In this document: positions 27,317-35,371 of the stretch, one piece after another
Layout of the letters: every line of letters starts with the position of its first letter
Position numbering within the stretch: position 1 is the stretch's first letter
NCBI GenBank assembly: GCA_049972045.1
Contig: JBMFKS010000004.1
Coordinates: forward strand, 1 to 61,296
Direction: 5' to 3'
Length of the DNA: 61,296 bases
Source: Anaerolineae bacterium
Lineage (GTDB): Bacteria > Chloroflexota > Anaerolineae > B4-G1 > DUEL01
Position numbers and translations under genes: made by a program
The notes under the pieces: generated by a model
Seen by the model: the letters and a program-made list of their open reading frames with translations, nothing else
What the model was told of the DNA's origin: nothing
Databases searched by the model: none

Positions 27317-28073
27317 CTGAGCAGTTACGATTAGTTGATGGTAGGTGGGTCAATCCGGTTGCTTCGCGGACCAGTCGCGTCGTCTCTTCTGCTTCGGCGC
27401 GCATGCGTTCGTTCCCGGCCGCCAGGATTTCCTCCACCAACCCTGGCCGGTCCTCATAGCAGGCCCGACGCTCGCGGATGGGCTCCAGGAAGCCGTTGAG
27501 CGCCGCTGCCAGCCGCTCCTTGACCTCCACATCGCCCACTTTGCCGCTTCTGTAGCGCGCCTTCAGGTCCTCCACCTCCTCTCTGTTGGGATTGAAGAAA
27601 TCGTGATAGATAAAAACGGGATTGCCCTCCACGCGTCCGGGCACATCGGCCCGGATCCGCTGAGGGTCGGTGACCATGCGGCGAACCTTCTCCCGCACCG
27701 TTTCGGCGTCGTCGGACAGGTAGATAACGTTGCCCAGGGACTTGCTGGCTTTGGCCTGCCCGTCTGTTCCCACCAGTACCTCGCCGACCAGCGCTTCTGG
27801 TTCGGGGAAGACCTCTCCGTAGAGATAGTTGAATCGTCGGGCGACCTCGCGGGCAACCTCCACGTGGGCCTCGTTATCCCGGGCCACCGGCACCAGATGG
27901 GCGCGGGGGAGAAGGATGTCGGCAGCCTGCAGCACGTGCAGGTCGGCGATGATGAAAAAGCAATCGTACTCATCTTGCAACCGCACCCGGTTTGCCCGGC
28001 TGCCCACATAGTGGCCCAGGTGCAGTCTGCCTGTGGGACGGTCGCCGGTCAGGATGCGCTTTCGGGATTTCAT
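27267..28073 (-). CDS. trpS: tryptophanyl-tRNA synthetase homolog, internally deleted and degenerate (possible pseudogene or neofunctionalised paralog)
   Basis: 268 aa. HLGH is present. IADLH joins directly to VLQAADILL, so about 80 aa of canonical TrpRS are absent. GEDQ is ARDN and KMSKS is KASKS. The last 16 codons and the stop lie inside MITE-2. Confidence 0.75.
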   Translation of the reverse strand: MKSRKRILTGDRPTGRLHLGHYVGSRANRVRLQDEYDCFFIIADLHVLQAADILLPRAHLVPVARDNEAHVEVAREVARRFNYLYGEVFPEPEALVGEVLVGTDGQAKASKSLGNVIYLSDDAETVREKVRRMVTDPQRIRADVPGRVEGNPVFIYHDFFNPNREEVEDLKARYRSGKVGDVEVKERLAAALNGFLEPIRERRACYEDRPGLVEEILAAGNERMRAEAEETTRLVREATGLTHLPSTNRNCSAYWFVNSTFVGLCALQ

Positions 28074-28089
28074 TGCTCTCTCCTCCTGG

Positions 28090-28494
28090 AAACAAAAAAC
28101 GCCCGCCCCTTTGCCAGGACGGGCGTTTTTCCCGTGGTGCCACCCCGCTGAGGGGCCTTTCCCCGGGAACAAAAACGCGCCGGTGACGGCGCGTTGGGGG
28201 GAAAAGCCAGCCTCACTCTTTCGCGGGTACGGCGCCGACCGGATACGGTCGGGTCCATACCCTCAGCCCGGATAACGGTGGCGACTCCGGCCCGGACTAC
28301 TACCTGACCGGCCTGTGGGCGGGTCAGGGTTCGGCGGGCGACTCCCAGGCCCATTCGGCATCGGCGCTGGTATCGGGCTTCCAGCCTCCGGCCCGACTCT
28401 CTGGAACCCCGCTACGATGCCTACTCTTCCTGATCTTCGTCTTTGGGGTATCGGTTGTTGGATATCTTATACCACAACACTGAGAAACTGTCAA
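28090..28494 (-). promoter_or_regulatory. promoter plus T-box riboswitch leader (Trp specifier UGG) of the trpS homolog
   Basis: Minus strand TTGACA (28494-28489), 17 nt, TATAAG (28471-28466). Contains GAAGAGUAGG and CCAGAGAG. The specifier is GAA-UGG-G (28353-28351) and the T-box core is GGGGUGGCACCACGGG (28146-28131). Terminator plus U6 at about 28126-28093. Confidence 0.8.
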
Positions 28495-28566
28495 GAGCGA
28501 CCCAGGCCGGCCCGGATTTGCGGCGGCGGCCCTCGGTCCAAGGCCTCCGGCCGCCGCCGCAACGTC

Positions 28567-29724
28567 CTACTCCCCCATCAACCTCCGCAGCAGAGCCATC
28601 TTGCCCTCATGGAGAGTCTCCCAGTCATCCAGGAGCACCCCACCCGTGTCGCCAGAGTTGGGGTTCAGGGCCCAGTAGAACCAGATGCGAATGCCCTTCG
28701 CCTGCAGATAATCCGCGAAAGCGTCCTGCCAGACCCGATCGGCGCCCTCGTAGCGCCCGCCGAACTCGCCGATGCCCAGGGGATACTTCCCCGCCATCCA
28801 GCCGAAGTGGGCATCCCAGATGGCCGGCATGTTGGACGGGAAATCCGGCGCGTCAAAATAGGGCTGACGGTAGACGCTGGGGCCGTAGGCATGGGGAAGG
28901 TAGAGAATGCGTTCCGAGCGTTCGGGAGCAATCTCCACATCCCGGTCGGCGAGGTTCTCCCCCCAGAAGGCCGGCCAGCCGCCCGCATCCGACGCGTTGC
29001 CCACACCCTCCACCACCACCAGGACGGAGGGGTTGACCGAAAGGACAGCCTCCGCCCCTTCCCGCGCCAACCCCTTCCACTCCCTCCAGGTCAGCGCGTA
29101 GGGCTCGTTGCAAAGGTCAACGCCGAAGATGTTGGGGAATTCCCGGGAGAGTTCGGCCATCCGGCGCAGGTCCGCCAGCCAGTCCGCTTGGGTGTACCCG
29201 TCCCCGAAGGGCCGGCCCGGAAGGTCGCCGCCGATCCGGTCGGGGGAGTATGTATGGAAATCCAGAAGGACGTAGAGGCCTGCCTTCTGGGCCTCACCCA
29301 GGAAATACCGGAGCCCTTCGTACGCGTCGGCGGGGTACCCCGCGCTGCGGGCCCAGGAAGGAGTAGGACGGCCAGGAGTCAGGACCTGGGGGGAAAGGGG
29401 CAGCCGGATCGCGGTGAACCCCAGACCCCGCATCTGGGCCAGAAAGTCCGCCACCGTCCGGCCGGTCCAGAGGCCGTGAGGGGCCCGGTCGGGAGTCTCC
29501 AGGCCGAACCAGTTGATGCCGTAGAGGGGCACCGGTTCGTCGCCCCGGAAGACGCCCTGAGGCGTGGCCCGATAGGCAGAGGTGGGAGCGGATACGGTCG
29601 GAGAAGGCCTCGCCGCCCCCGGGCCAGCGCAGCCGGCCAGCAAGACCAGCAGAAAGCAGAGCAGAAGCCACCCACTTCCGGTCGGGGCCGGAGTGCACAG
29701 GGGTGGGAAAGAGAACTGAGACAT
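28567..29724 (-). CDS. glycoside hydrolase family 5 (cellulase-like) lipoprotein
   Basis: Start MSQFSFPP..LLAGCAG (lipobox) at 29724. GH5 motifs are GINWFGLE, LCNEPY (acid/base) and GIGEFGG (nucleophile). Confidence 0.85.
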   Translation of the reverse strand: MSQFSFPPLCTPAPTGSGWLLLCFLLVLLAGCAGPGAARPSPTVSAPTSAYRATPQGVFRGDEPVPLYGINWFGLETPDRAPHGLWTGRTVADFLAQMRGLGFTAIRLPLSPQVLTPGRPTPSWARSAGYPADAYEGLRYFLGEAQKAGLYVLLDFHTYSPDRIGGDLPGRPFGDGYTQADWLADLRRMAELSREFPNIFGVDLCNEPYALTWREWKGLAREGAEAVLSVNPSVLVVVEGVGNASDAGGWPAFWGENLADRDVEIAPERSERILYLPHAYGPSVYRQPYFDAPDFPSNMPAIWDAHFGWMAGKYPLGIGEFGGRYEGADRVWQDAFADYLQAKGIRIWFYWALNPNSGDTGGVLLDDWETLHEGKMALLRRLMGE

Positions 29725-29788
29725 ACGGGCCTCCGGAAATGAAAACCGAAACCACGAAGGAGACGAAGATCCTTTTGTGCCTCGGATC

Positions 29789-30148
29789 CTATCCCAGAAT
29801 CCGAGACAGTGTCGCGTAGACGTCCTGGAGCGGGATTCCCCGCTCCCGGGCAATGCGGGCGCAGTCCTCATACTCCGGCGACGCGGCAACCCTTCGCCCG
29901 TCCAGCCACTTCTCCTTCACCCGCACCGTCCCCCATTCCGTCTCCACCGATACCTCCCGCCGGTCGGCGACAACGCGCGCCACGGGCCGCACCCGCACGC
30001 CCAGCGTCGGGGTCTCCCGCAGGATGAGACCCGCCAGAGCATCGGCCTGATCCGGGCGGGCCAGGGGGAAGTGATCGCGCACCCGCACCTGACGCAATCC
30101 CCACTCCCGGCGCAGGACCTCCTCGGCGGCATCCACCCGCGCCTCCCG
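29789..30148 (-). pseudogene. larE-fragment / larC C-terminal remnant (5'-truncated scar)
   Basis: The open frame starts immediately after the nuclease stop. AEEVLRREWGLRQVRVRDHFPLAR resembles the LarE C-region, fused to the LarC C-terminus ETPTLGVRVRPV...VRVKEK...SPEYEDCARIARERGIPLQDVY. There is no N-terminal catalytic part. Confidence 0.55.
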
Positions 30149-30574
30149 TCACAACGTGCGGGTATTGGCCGCAGCGATGAAGGCTTCCAGGGTTACAATT
30201 TTGACCAGATCGCTATAACGTAGATATTTACTCAATCCCCCACCCACAAAGAAGTCACGCAAACGCCACCCTGGCCCGCCAAGGACCAGATAGGCTTTGT
30301 GATAACCGCCTCCCGAGGACAAAATCGCCTCCGCCAAACACATCGCTTCAAAGGGGATCTTTTGTTCAGCAGTTCCAGAGACCTGCTGCCATTTCAAAGA
30401 GATCAGGTATCTCTTCCCCTCCGAGTCCTCGGCCACCACATCCACAATGTGCTTGCCTCCCCCCAAACGCTCGCCAACATGGACGCGTTTCTTGTAGCGA
30501 TACCCCCCATGTTCCAGCGCAGGGAGAATCATATTTTCCAGCACTCTTCCGGTTGAAGTGTCCCGCGGATTCAT
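30149..30574 (-). CDS. small PD-(D/E)XK-type nuclease (candidate restriction endonuclease)
   Basis: 141 aa with E in VLENMI, D in HIVDVV and SLK in YLISLKWQQVSGTAEQK. ATGA overlap with the upstream methyltransferase. G+C is visibly lower than in the flanks. Confidence 0.55.
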   Translation of the reverse strand: MNPRDTSTGRVLENMILPALEHGGYRYKKRVHVGERLGGGKHIVDVVAEDSEGKRYLISLKWQQVSGTAEQKIPFEAMCLAEAILSSGGGYHKAYLVLGGPGWRLRDFFVGGGLSKYLRYSDLVKIVTLEAFIAAANTRTL

Positions 30575-32145
30575 ACGGATTCCCTCACATAGATAAGAAG
30601 ATATTTATGAATAACTGCCAGATGGTTCCCCCCGGAAACAGGGGGAGTCTCTTCCGGCACGACGATGACGATCTCCTTCAAAGCAAGATGCCGCTCCCGT
30701 CCGAGATCTTCCCAAAGCAACAAAGCGGCAGGCACGAGATCGCCCCTGGGAGAGCGAAAATCCTTCGCTTCTATCACCAGGTATCCGTCGGGAGGGAGCC
30801 GAAGAATCGCCTGCCGGAGAAGATCTCCGATGCAGCGCCTGCAACCGGCGAAGATCGCTTCATCCATTTCCTCCGGCAGCCGAATCCACCACAGGTTTGC
30901 CGGCCCAACCGACAAAGGAGCCGCTTCTGAAATCCCTCCACCGCCCGTCAGATGGATCTCAACCAGTTCGCCCGCACCCTCAGCAAACCTTTGGAAGAGA
31001 TTCCGTCTAACTTCTTCTTCCATCCGCGCCAACGGGAACACCCAAACCGTCATCGCTTCCAGGGGTTCCTCTCTCGCGGGCCAAACAGCCCCCTGGACCG
31101 TCCGGCAGGACATAGAGGCTTCCCAGAGGGAAAGTTGCTCCTGCACTCCCGATCCAGCCGGTTTCTCAAAAACAGGGAGGTACTCGTGTGCCAGCAGCAA
31201 AAAGTTATATTGAACACTCCGGCTGTACCAGAAACCCGTTGCCCGGCAGTTGTGTTGTCGTTTGATGATCAATTCCTTCAGGCGAAAGCCGACATCTAAG
31301 AACACCCGGATCACCATAAAGCCAACCGGCACAACCCGCTTAGACTGGCGGGCATCTCCCACGAGGATCGCGCACTTCCCGCCGGGCTTCAAGACCCGGA
31401 GGCTTTCCCGGGCCACCTTCCGCATCTCTTGCAAAAACTCTGGTACGGTAAGGGCAGACAGGTCACCGGGAAGCCCGCTACTATATCGGATGATCCTCGC
31501 GTAAGGGGGATGGGCACAGATCAGATCAACGCTGTTATCGGAAATCCCGGAAAGATCCCGCGCATCTCCCACTTCCACCATCGGCTCGTAGATCTCTTCT
31601 CCCGTGATCGGAGCAGGAGGGGAGAAACCCAAATTCCGCCGGGTGAGGGAGACCGCGGCAGGATTGATATCCCGGGCTATGCAGCGGCGGCCCAATAACT
31701 TGGCTTCTACCGCGGTTGTTCCGCCTCCCACAAAATAGTCCAGGATCAGATCACCGGGCCGGGAATACCGCAGGATGATATTTCGCGGAATATAAGGCGA
31801 CCAATTCCCCCGGTAACGCCCATCGTGTGTGGCCCAACGCCCCCGCTCCTTGAAACTCCAGACCGTAGTGGTTTCCAGGCGAAAGTCCGATGGCTGCCAG
31901 CGTCGGATTCGCGCGGCAGGGCGGAGATCGCCGATGTTCGCCCCGCATGCCCGGGTAATCATCCGCTGAAGGGCACCAAAAGAGAGACCGTAGCGGCGAC
32001 CAATCTCTACGTCCGAGAGCCCCTTCTCTTTGTCAGATATGACCGCGCGAGAGAGTTCTTCCTCGCCGTGGACGGTTAGAAGATGGTCGCGTATCTTTCC
32101 CTCCGGCGACTGCCCACACAGAGGGCATTGGATGGGCTCTTTCAT
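30571..32145 (-). CDS. DNA methyltransferase (N6/N4 type) with N-terminal Zn-ribbon/HTH and a duplicated, degenerate C-terminal MTase-like domain
   Basis: Start MKEPIQCPLCG at 32145. Motif I is ILDYFVGGGTTAVEAKLLGRRCIARDIN and motif IV is ICAHPPYA. A second copy from about aa 375 (TVWVFP.., EIHLTGGGG, WWIRLPEE, LRLPPDGYLVIEAKD) lacks both catalytic motifs. Confidence 0.7.
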   Translation of the reverse strand: MKEPIQCPLCGQSPEGKIRDHLLTVHGEEELSRAVISDKEKGLSDVEIGRRYGLSFGALQRMITRACGANIGDLRPAARIRRWQPSDFRLETTTVWSFKERGRWATHDGRYRGNWSPYIPRNIILRYSRPGDLILDYFVGGGTTAVEAKLLGRRCIARDINPAAVSLTRRNLGFSPPAPITGEEIYEPMVEVGDARDLSGISDNSVDLICAHPPYARIIRYSSGLPGDLSALTVPEFLQEMRKVARESLRVLKPGGKCAILVGDARQSKRVVPVGFMVIRVFLDVGFRLKELIIKRQHNCRATGFWYSRSVQYNFLLLAHEYLPVFEKPAGSGVQEQLSLWEASMSCRTVQGAVWPAREEPLEAMTVWVFPLARMEEEVRRNLFQRFAEGAGELVEIHLTGGGGISEAAPLSVGPANLWWIRLPEEMDEAIFAGCRRCIGDLLRQAILRLPPDGYLVIEAKDFRSPRGDLVPAALLLWEDLGRERHLALKEIVIVVPEETPPVSGGNHLAVIHKYLLIYVRESV

Positions 32146-32221
32146 TTCCAACTTCCGTCCTCCCCCCACCACCGGAATCAAGAAGCAACAGGGCACTTCT
32201 GGCCGGTATGCCTGGGGTCAA

Positions 32222-32398
32222 TGATTCTTGGCGCTTGCAGTGACAACCTCGCCGCGCCACGCGCCGAAGGCGCTCGCGCCGAGGCCTTGGGCCGAGGGCC
32301 CTTCGGCCCGAGGGCGTGGCGGGGCGAGCCCCATGGGGGCTCAAAAAGCCCGAAGGGCCACGCCCCAAAGGGCTTCGCATTATGAGCCCGGACGTTTA
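32222..32398. repeat. GC-rich palindromic repeat array
   Basis: Same family as 21052-21180 and 10686-10885. Confidence 0.8.
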
Positions 32399-32436
32399 CG
32401 TCCAAGCAATTGGCGCTGGCCGAAACAAACGCAATC

Positions 32437-32700
32437 TTATCGCTTCCGGTAAATATCTCGCCGATGACCGATGGCATGGATGATGATCACACGCTCCTGA
32501 TCCAGCACCTCGTAGATGATGCGATAATCGCCAACACGAAGTTTATAAAACCCTTTCAGGTCACCCTTGAGTGCTTCAGGCCTAATGGAGTTCAGATTGG
32601 CGGCCAACTAGCGGACACGCTCAACCACTCGCCTGGCCGTGGGTTTGTCCAGTTGCTCCAATTCTCTACAGGCCGATTCCAGAATGCGAACGCGATACAT
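32437..32700 (-). pseudogene. RelE/ParE-family toxin gene with in-frame TAG at codon 31
   Basis: MYRVRILESACRELEQLDKPTARRVVERVR*LAANLNSIRPEALKGDLKGFYKLRVGDYRIIYEVLDQERVIIIHAIGHRRDIYRKR, with TAG at 32610-32608. No intact antitoxin lies upstream. Confidence 0.7.
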
Positions 32701-33026
32701 AAAGGTCCTCCATCATAAAATGTTCTACTAAAGTTATAACGCGCACTCTGGGAGGACCCTATCCACTTGAGGCTTTGGGGCGTAATTCTTTGTCCGTTCC
32801 ACTTTGTTGCCAAAAATGGGCAATTCATGGGATTTTTCATCCACTTAGCCGCCCAAAGCAGTCAGATTTAGGGATGACTCTTTGTAAAAAGCGATTTATG
32901 CACCAAAGCCCACCAAAGCCTCCACTTGAAGTACCACTTTTGGGTGATTCATCCCCTTATCGACACAGACCACCCTTCCTCCAGCGGGGAGAACAGGCCG
33001 GGCACTTCCATCGGCTTTTGGCATTT

Positions 33027-33245
33027 TTATTCTAACCCCAGCCGGGCGACAACTTCCTCCAACAATTCCCCCCGTTCGCCAGCAGCAACCGCCTTTCTCT
33101 GACGTAACAGCCTCTCCCGCACAGATTTGCGGAATTGCAACCCCTCGTCCGGATCGCCGAGGAGTTCCAGAAGTTTTTCCTCAACGATTCTCTCTATCAT
33201 CTCCCGGAGTTCGCTCCTGGTCATTTGAGCAACGGTAACAGCCAT
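33027..33245 (-). CDS. small helical antitoxin-like protein, family not identified
   Basis: 72 aa: MAVTVAQMTRSELREMIERIVEEKLLELLGDPDEGLQFRKSVRERLLRQRKAVAAGERGELLEEVVARLGLE. It lies in the low-G+C stretch with no intact partner downstream. Confidence 0.4.
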   Translation of the reverse strand: MAVTVAQMTRSELREMIERIVEEKLLELLGDPDEGLQFRKSVRERLLRQRKAVAAGERGELLEEVVARLGLE

Positions 33246-33318
33246 TGTGCACCTCCCAGCACCGACCTAAACAATCTCCAGAGTCCAGGACGCTATATCA
33301 GCAGCCGGTCACCCTCCG

Positions 33319-35004
33319 CTACGAAGCCCACCACCGGAAATCCACATCCGGGAAGACCCGATCCAGTTCCCAGAGTTCGTCGGCCAGGTCCCGGTCGGGG
33401 CGGCCGGATTCCACGCTGGCCGCCAGTTTCTCAAACCGTTCCACGTGGGCGGTGAAGCGCTGGATGGCGTACTCGCGCGCTTGCCCGGTGGTAACCAGGA
33501 AGGGCCAGTCGGAGGCCTCCAGAAGCAACAGTTCCCGGGCCGCCTGGTTGAGGACGAAGGCCTCACCGGCGGTCGCGTGTTCCGCCTTCTCGCGCGCCAG
33601 CCGGCCCATCCGCGCCTCGCACTCGTGGATGGGCGTCCACATCCAGTGGGTCTCCGGGTTGTCCCAGGTCCAGTGGCCGCCGCCCAGGCCCCAGGAACTC
33701 TCCGGAATCGCCAGGACTTCCTCCGGCGGATGGGCCTCCAGGTACCCGCTGGCCGTCGTCAGCGCCACTCGCTCAGAGCGGGCCAGGAGCCGTAGCACCT
33801 CCCGGATCCAGTCCACCCCCTCAAACCACCAGTGGCCGAAGAGTTCGGTATCGTAGTTGGAGGCAATGAGGCCGAACTGCCCGGTCTCCGCGTGGTACCG
33901 CTCCAGCAGGTCGGTCACCAGCCAGGCGAAGTGGCGGGCATGCTCCCCGACCTTGTACTGCGCCCAGTCGGGATGGTACCAGTCCTTAAAAGCCAAATCT
34001 ACCCGCGCGCCGGTGACCCGCCAGTATTGAAGGCCGGAGCGGTGGTCTTTTTTGTGGAACTCCCGGTAATCAAAGTCGCCGGGATAGCCCCAGTCGGCGG
34101 ACCAGACCTGCATGCCGGTGCGGTTGTTGCGGCCGATGGCAGCCACGCCGGAATGCTCGCTCACCACCCCGGGGGTGGTATTGACCACGTAGTAGGGCCG
34201 GTAGGTGCTGCGGGGCTTCTCCGGCACCGCCAGTTTCTCCAGGGGGAGGACGTAACGGCGGACGATGGCGCCGTAGGGGCCGATGGCCTCCCCCGCCGCC
34301 TTCCCCACCGGACGTCCGCCCTCAATGGCATGGGTCTCCACGAAGAAACAGCCCAGCCCTTCGTCGGCCAGCAACGTCTCTATCCCGGCGCGGACTGTAC
34401 CGTCGGGGGCGACGTAGGCCGGGCGGTAGGCACATTCGGGGAGCCAGATGGCCCGGGGCGCCCGCCTGAAGTGGCGGCGGTAGGAGGCGATCCCGGCCTT
34501 CAGTTGGCCGCGAATCGCCGCATCGGTGCCCAGGAGGGGGAGGTAGCCGTGGGTGGCGGCGGAGGTGATGATCTCTATCACCCCCGCGTCCTGGAGCCGC
34601 CGGAAACCGCCCAGGAGGTCCCGCCCGTACCGGTGGCGGAAAGCGTCCAGGAGGCCCGAGTACCAGTCCCGGTAAAAAGAGGCCAGGTACGCCGCGTGGG
34701 GGTTCCCTTCCTGCTGGAAGCGGGGGACGTCCGCCTCGGCGGCCCGGATTCGCTCCTGGACGTAGGCCTCAAAGTGGTCCTGGACCGTGGGGTCCGCCAG
34801 TTGCTCGCAGAGGATGGGGGTCAGCCCCAGGGTGAGGTGGACCGGCAGCCCCTCCTCGTAGAGGTCGGTGAGAGCGTTGAGGAGGGGGACGTAGGTTTCA
34901 GCCATGGCCTCGTAAATCCACTCCTCGCCGTGGGGCCAGCGGCCGGCCATCCGGCAGTAGGGCAGATGGCTATGAAGGACAAAGGTGAACGCGCCGATGG
35001 GCAT
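33319..35004 (-). CDS. GH57-family 1,4-alpha-glucan branching enzyme
   Basis: 561 aa beginning MPIGAFTFVLHSHLPYCRMAGRWPHGEEWIYEAMAETYVPLL, a GH57/DUF1957 architecture. Confidence 0.85.
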   Translation of the reverse strand: MPIGAFTFVLHSHLPYCRMAGRWPHGEEWIYEAMAETYVPLLNALTDLYEEGLPVHLTLGLTPILCEQLADPTVQDHFEAYVQERIRAAEADVPRFQQEGNPHAAYLASFYRDWYSGLLDAFRHRYGRDLLGGFRRLQDAGVIEIITSAATHGYLPLLGTDAAIRGQLKAGIASYRRHFRRAPRAIWLPECAYRPAYVAPDGTVRAGIETLLADEGLGCFFVETHAIEGGRPVGKAAGEAIGPYGAIVRRYVLPLEKLAVPEKPRSTYRPYYVVNTTPGVVSEHSGVAAIGRNNRTGMQVWSADWGYPGDFDYREFHKKDHRSGLQYWRVTGARVDLAFKDWYHPDWAQYKVGEHARHFAWLVTDLLERYHAETGQFGLIASNYDTELFGHWWFEGVDWIREVLRLLARSERVALTTASGYLEAHPPEEVLAIPESSWGLGGGHWTWDNPETHWMWTPIHECEARMGRLAREKAEHATAGEAFVLNQAARELLLLEASDWPFLVTTGQAREYAIQRFTAHVERFEKLAASVESGRPDRDLADELWELDRVFPDVDFRWWAS

Positions 35005-35025
35005 GAATGCCTCCTGAATCGGGGG

Positions 35026-35349
35026 TCAGCGATAATCCTCCCGCGGCGGATGCCAGGCATCCAGGACGAACGTCGGTTCGTCCAGAACGACGGCTTTATG
35101 GGGCACGCCGGAGGGGACGCAGACCCCATCCCCAGCGCGCAGAATCCGGGTCTCCTCCCCCAGCGTGAACTCCATCGCGCCCCGGACGATGTAGGTAATC
35201 TGCTCGTGGGGGTGGGCATGCTCAGGAAGTACGCTGCCGGGGGCGAACTCAAAGAAGGTGACCATCGCGTGCTCCAGATAGACCACCCGGCGCAGGACGC
35301 CGGGCATCACTTCGGTCGCGGGCAGTTCATGGACGGTGAAGAAATCCAT
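35026..35349 (-). CDS. cupin domain protein
   Basis: 107 aa with HAHPHEQITYIVRG..GVCVPSGVPH cupin motifs. Confidence 0.75.
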   Translation of the reverse strand: MDFFTVHELPATEVMPGVLRRVVYLEHAMVTFFEFAPGSVLPEHAHPHEQITYIVRGAMEFTLGEETRILRAGDGVCVPSGVPHKAVVLDEPTFVLDAWHPPREDYR

Positions 35350-35371
35350 TGGACACTCCCTTCTTTACCGA

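Noticed and set aside
32410-32840. 102-aa (+) and 82-aa (-) ORFs in the low-G+C stretch, considered as the toxin or its antitoxin.
   Set aside because: The 102-aa ORF is antisense to the clear RelE/ParE frame. The 82-aa ORF overlaps the relE start out of frame and has no antitoxin-like features (RHH, Phd or HTH).
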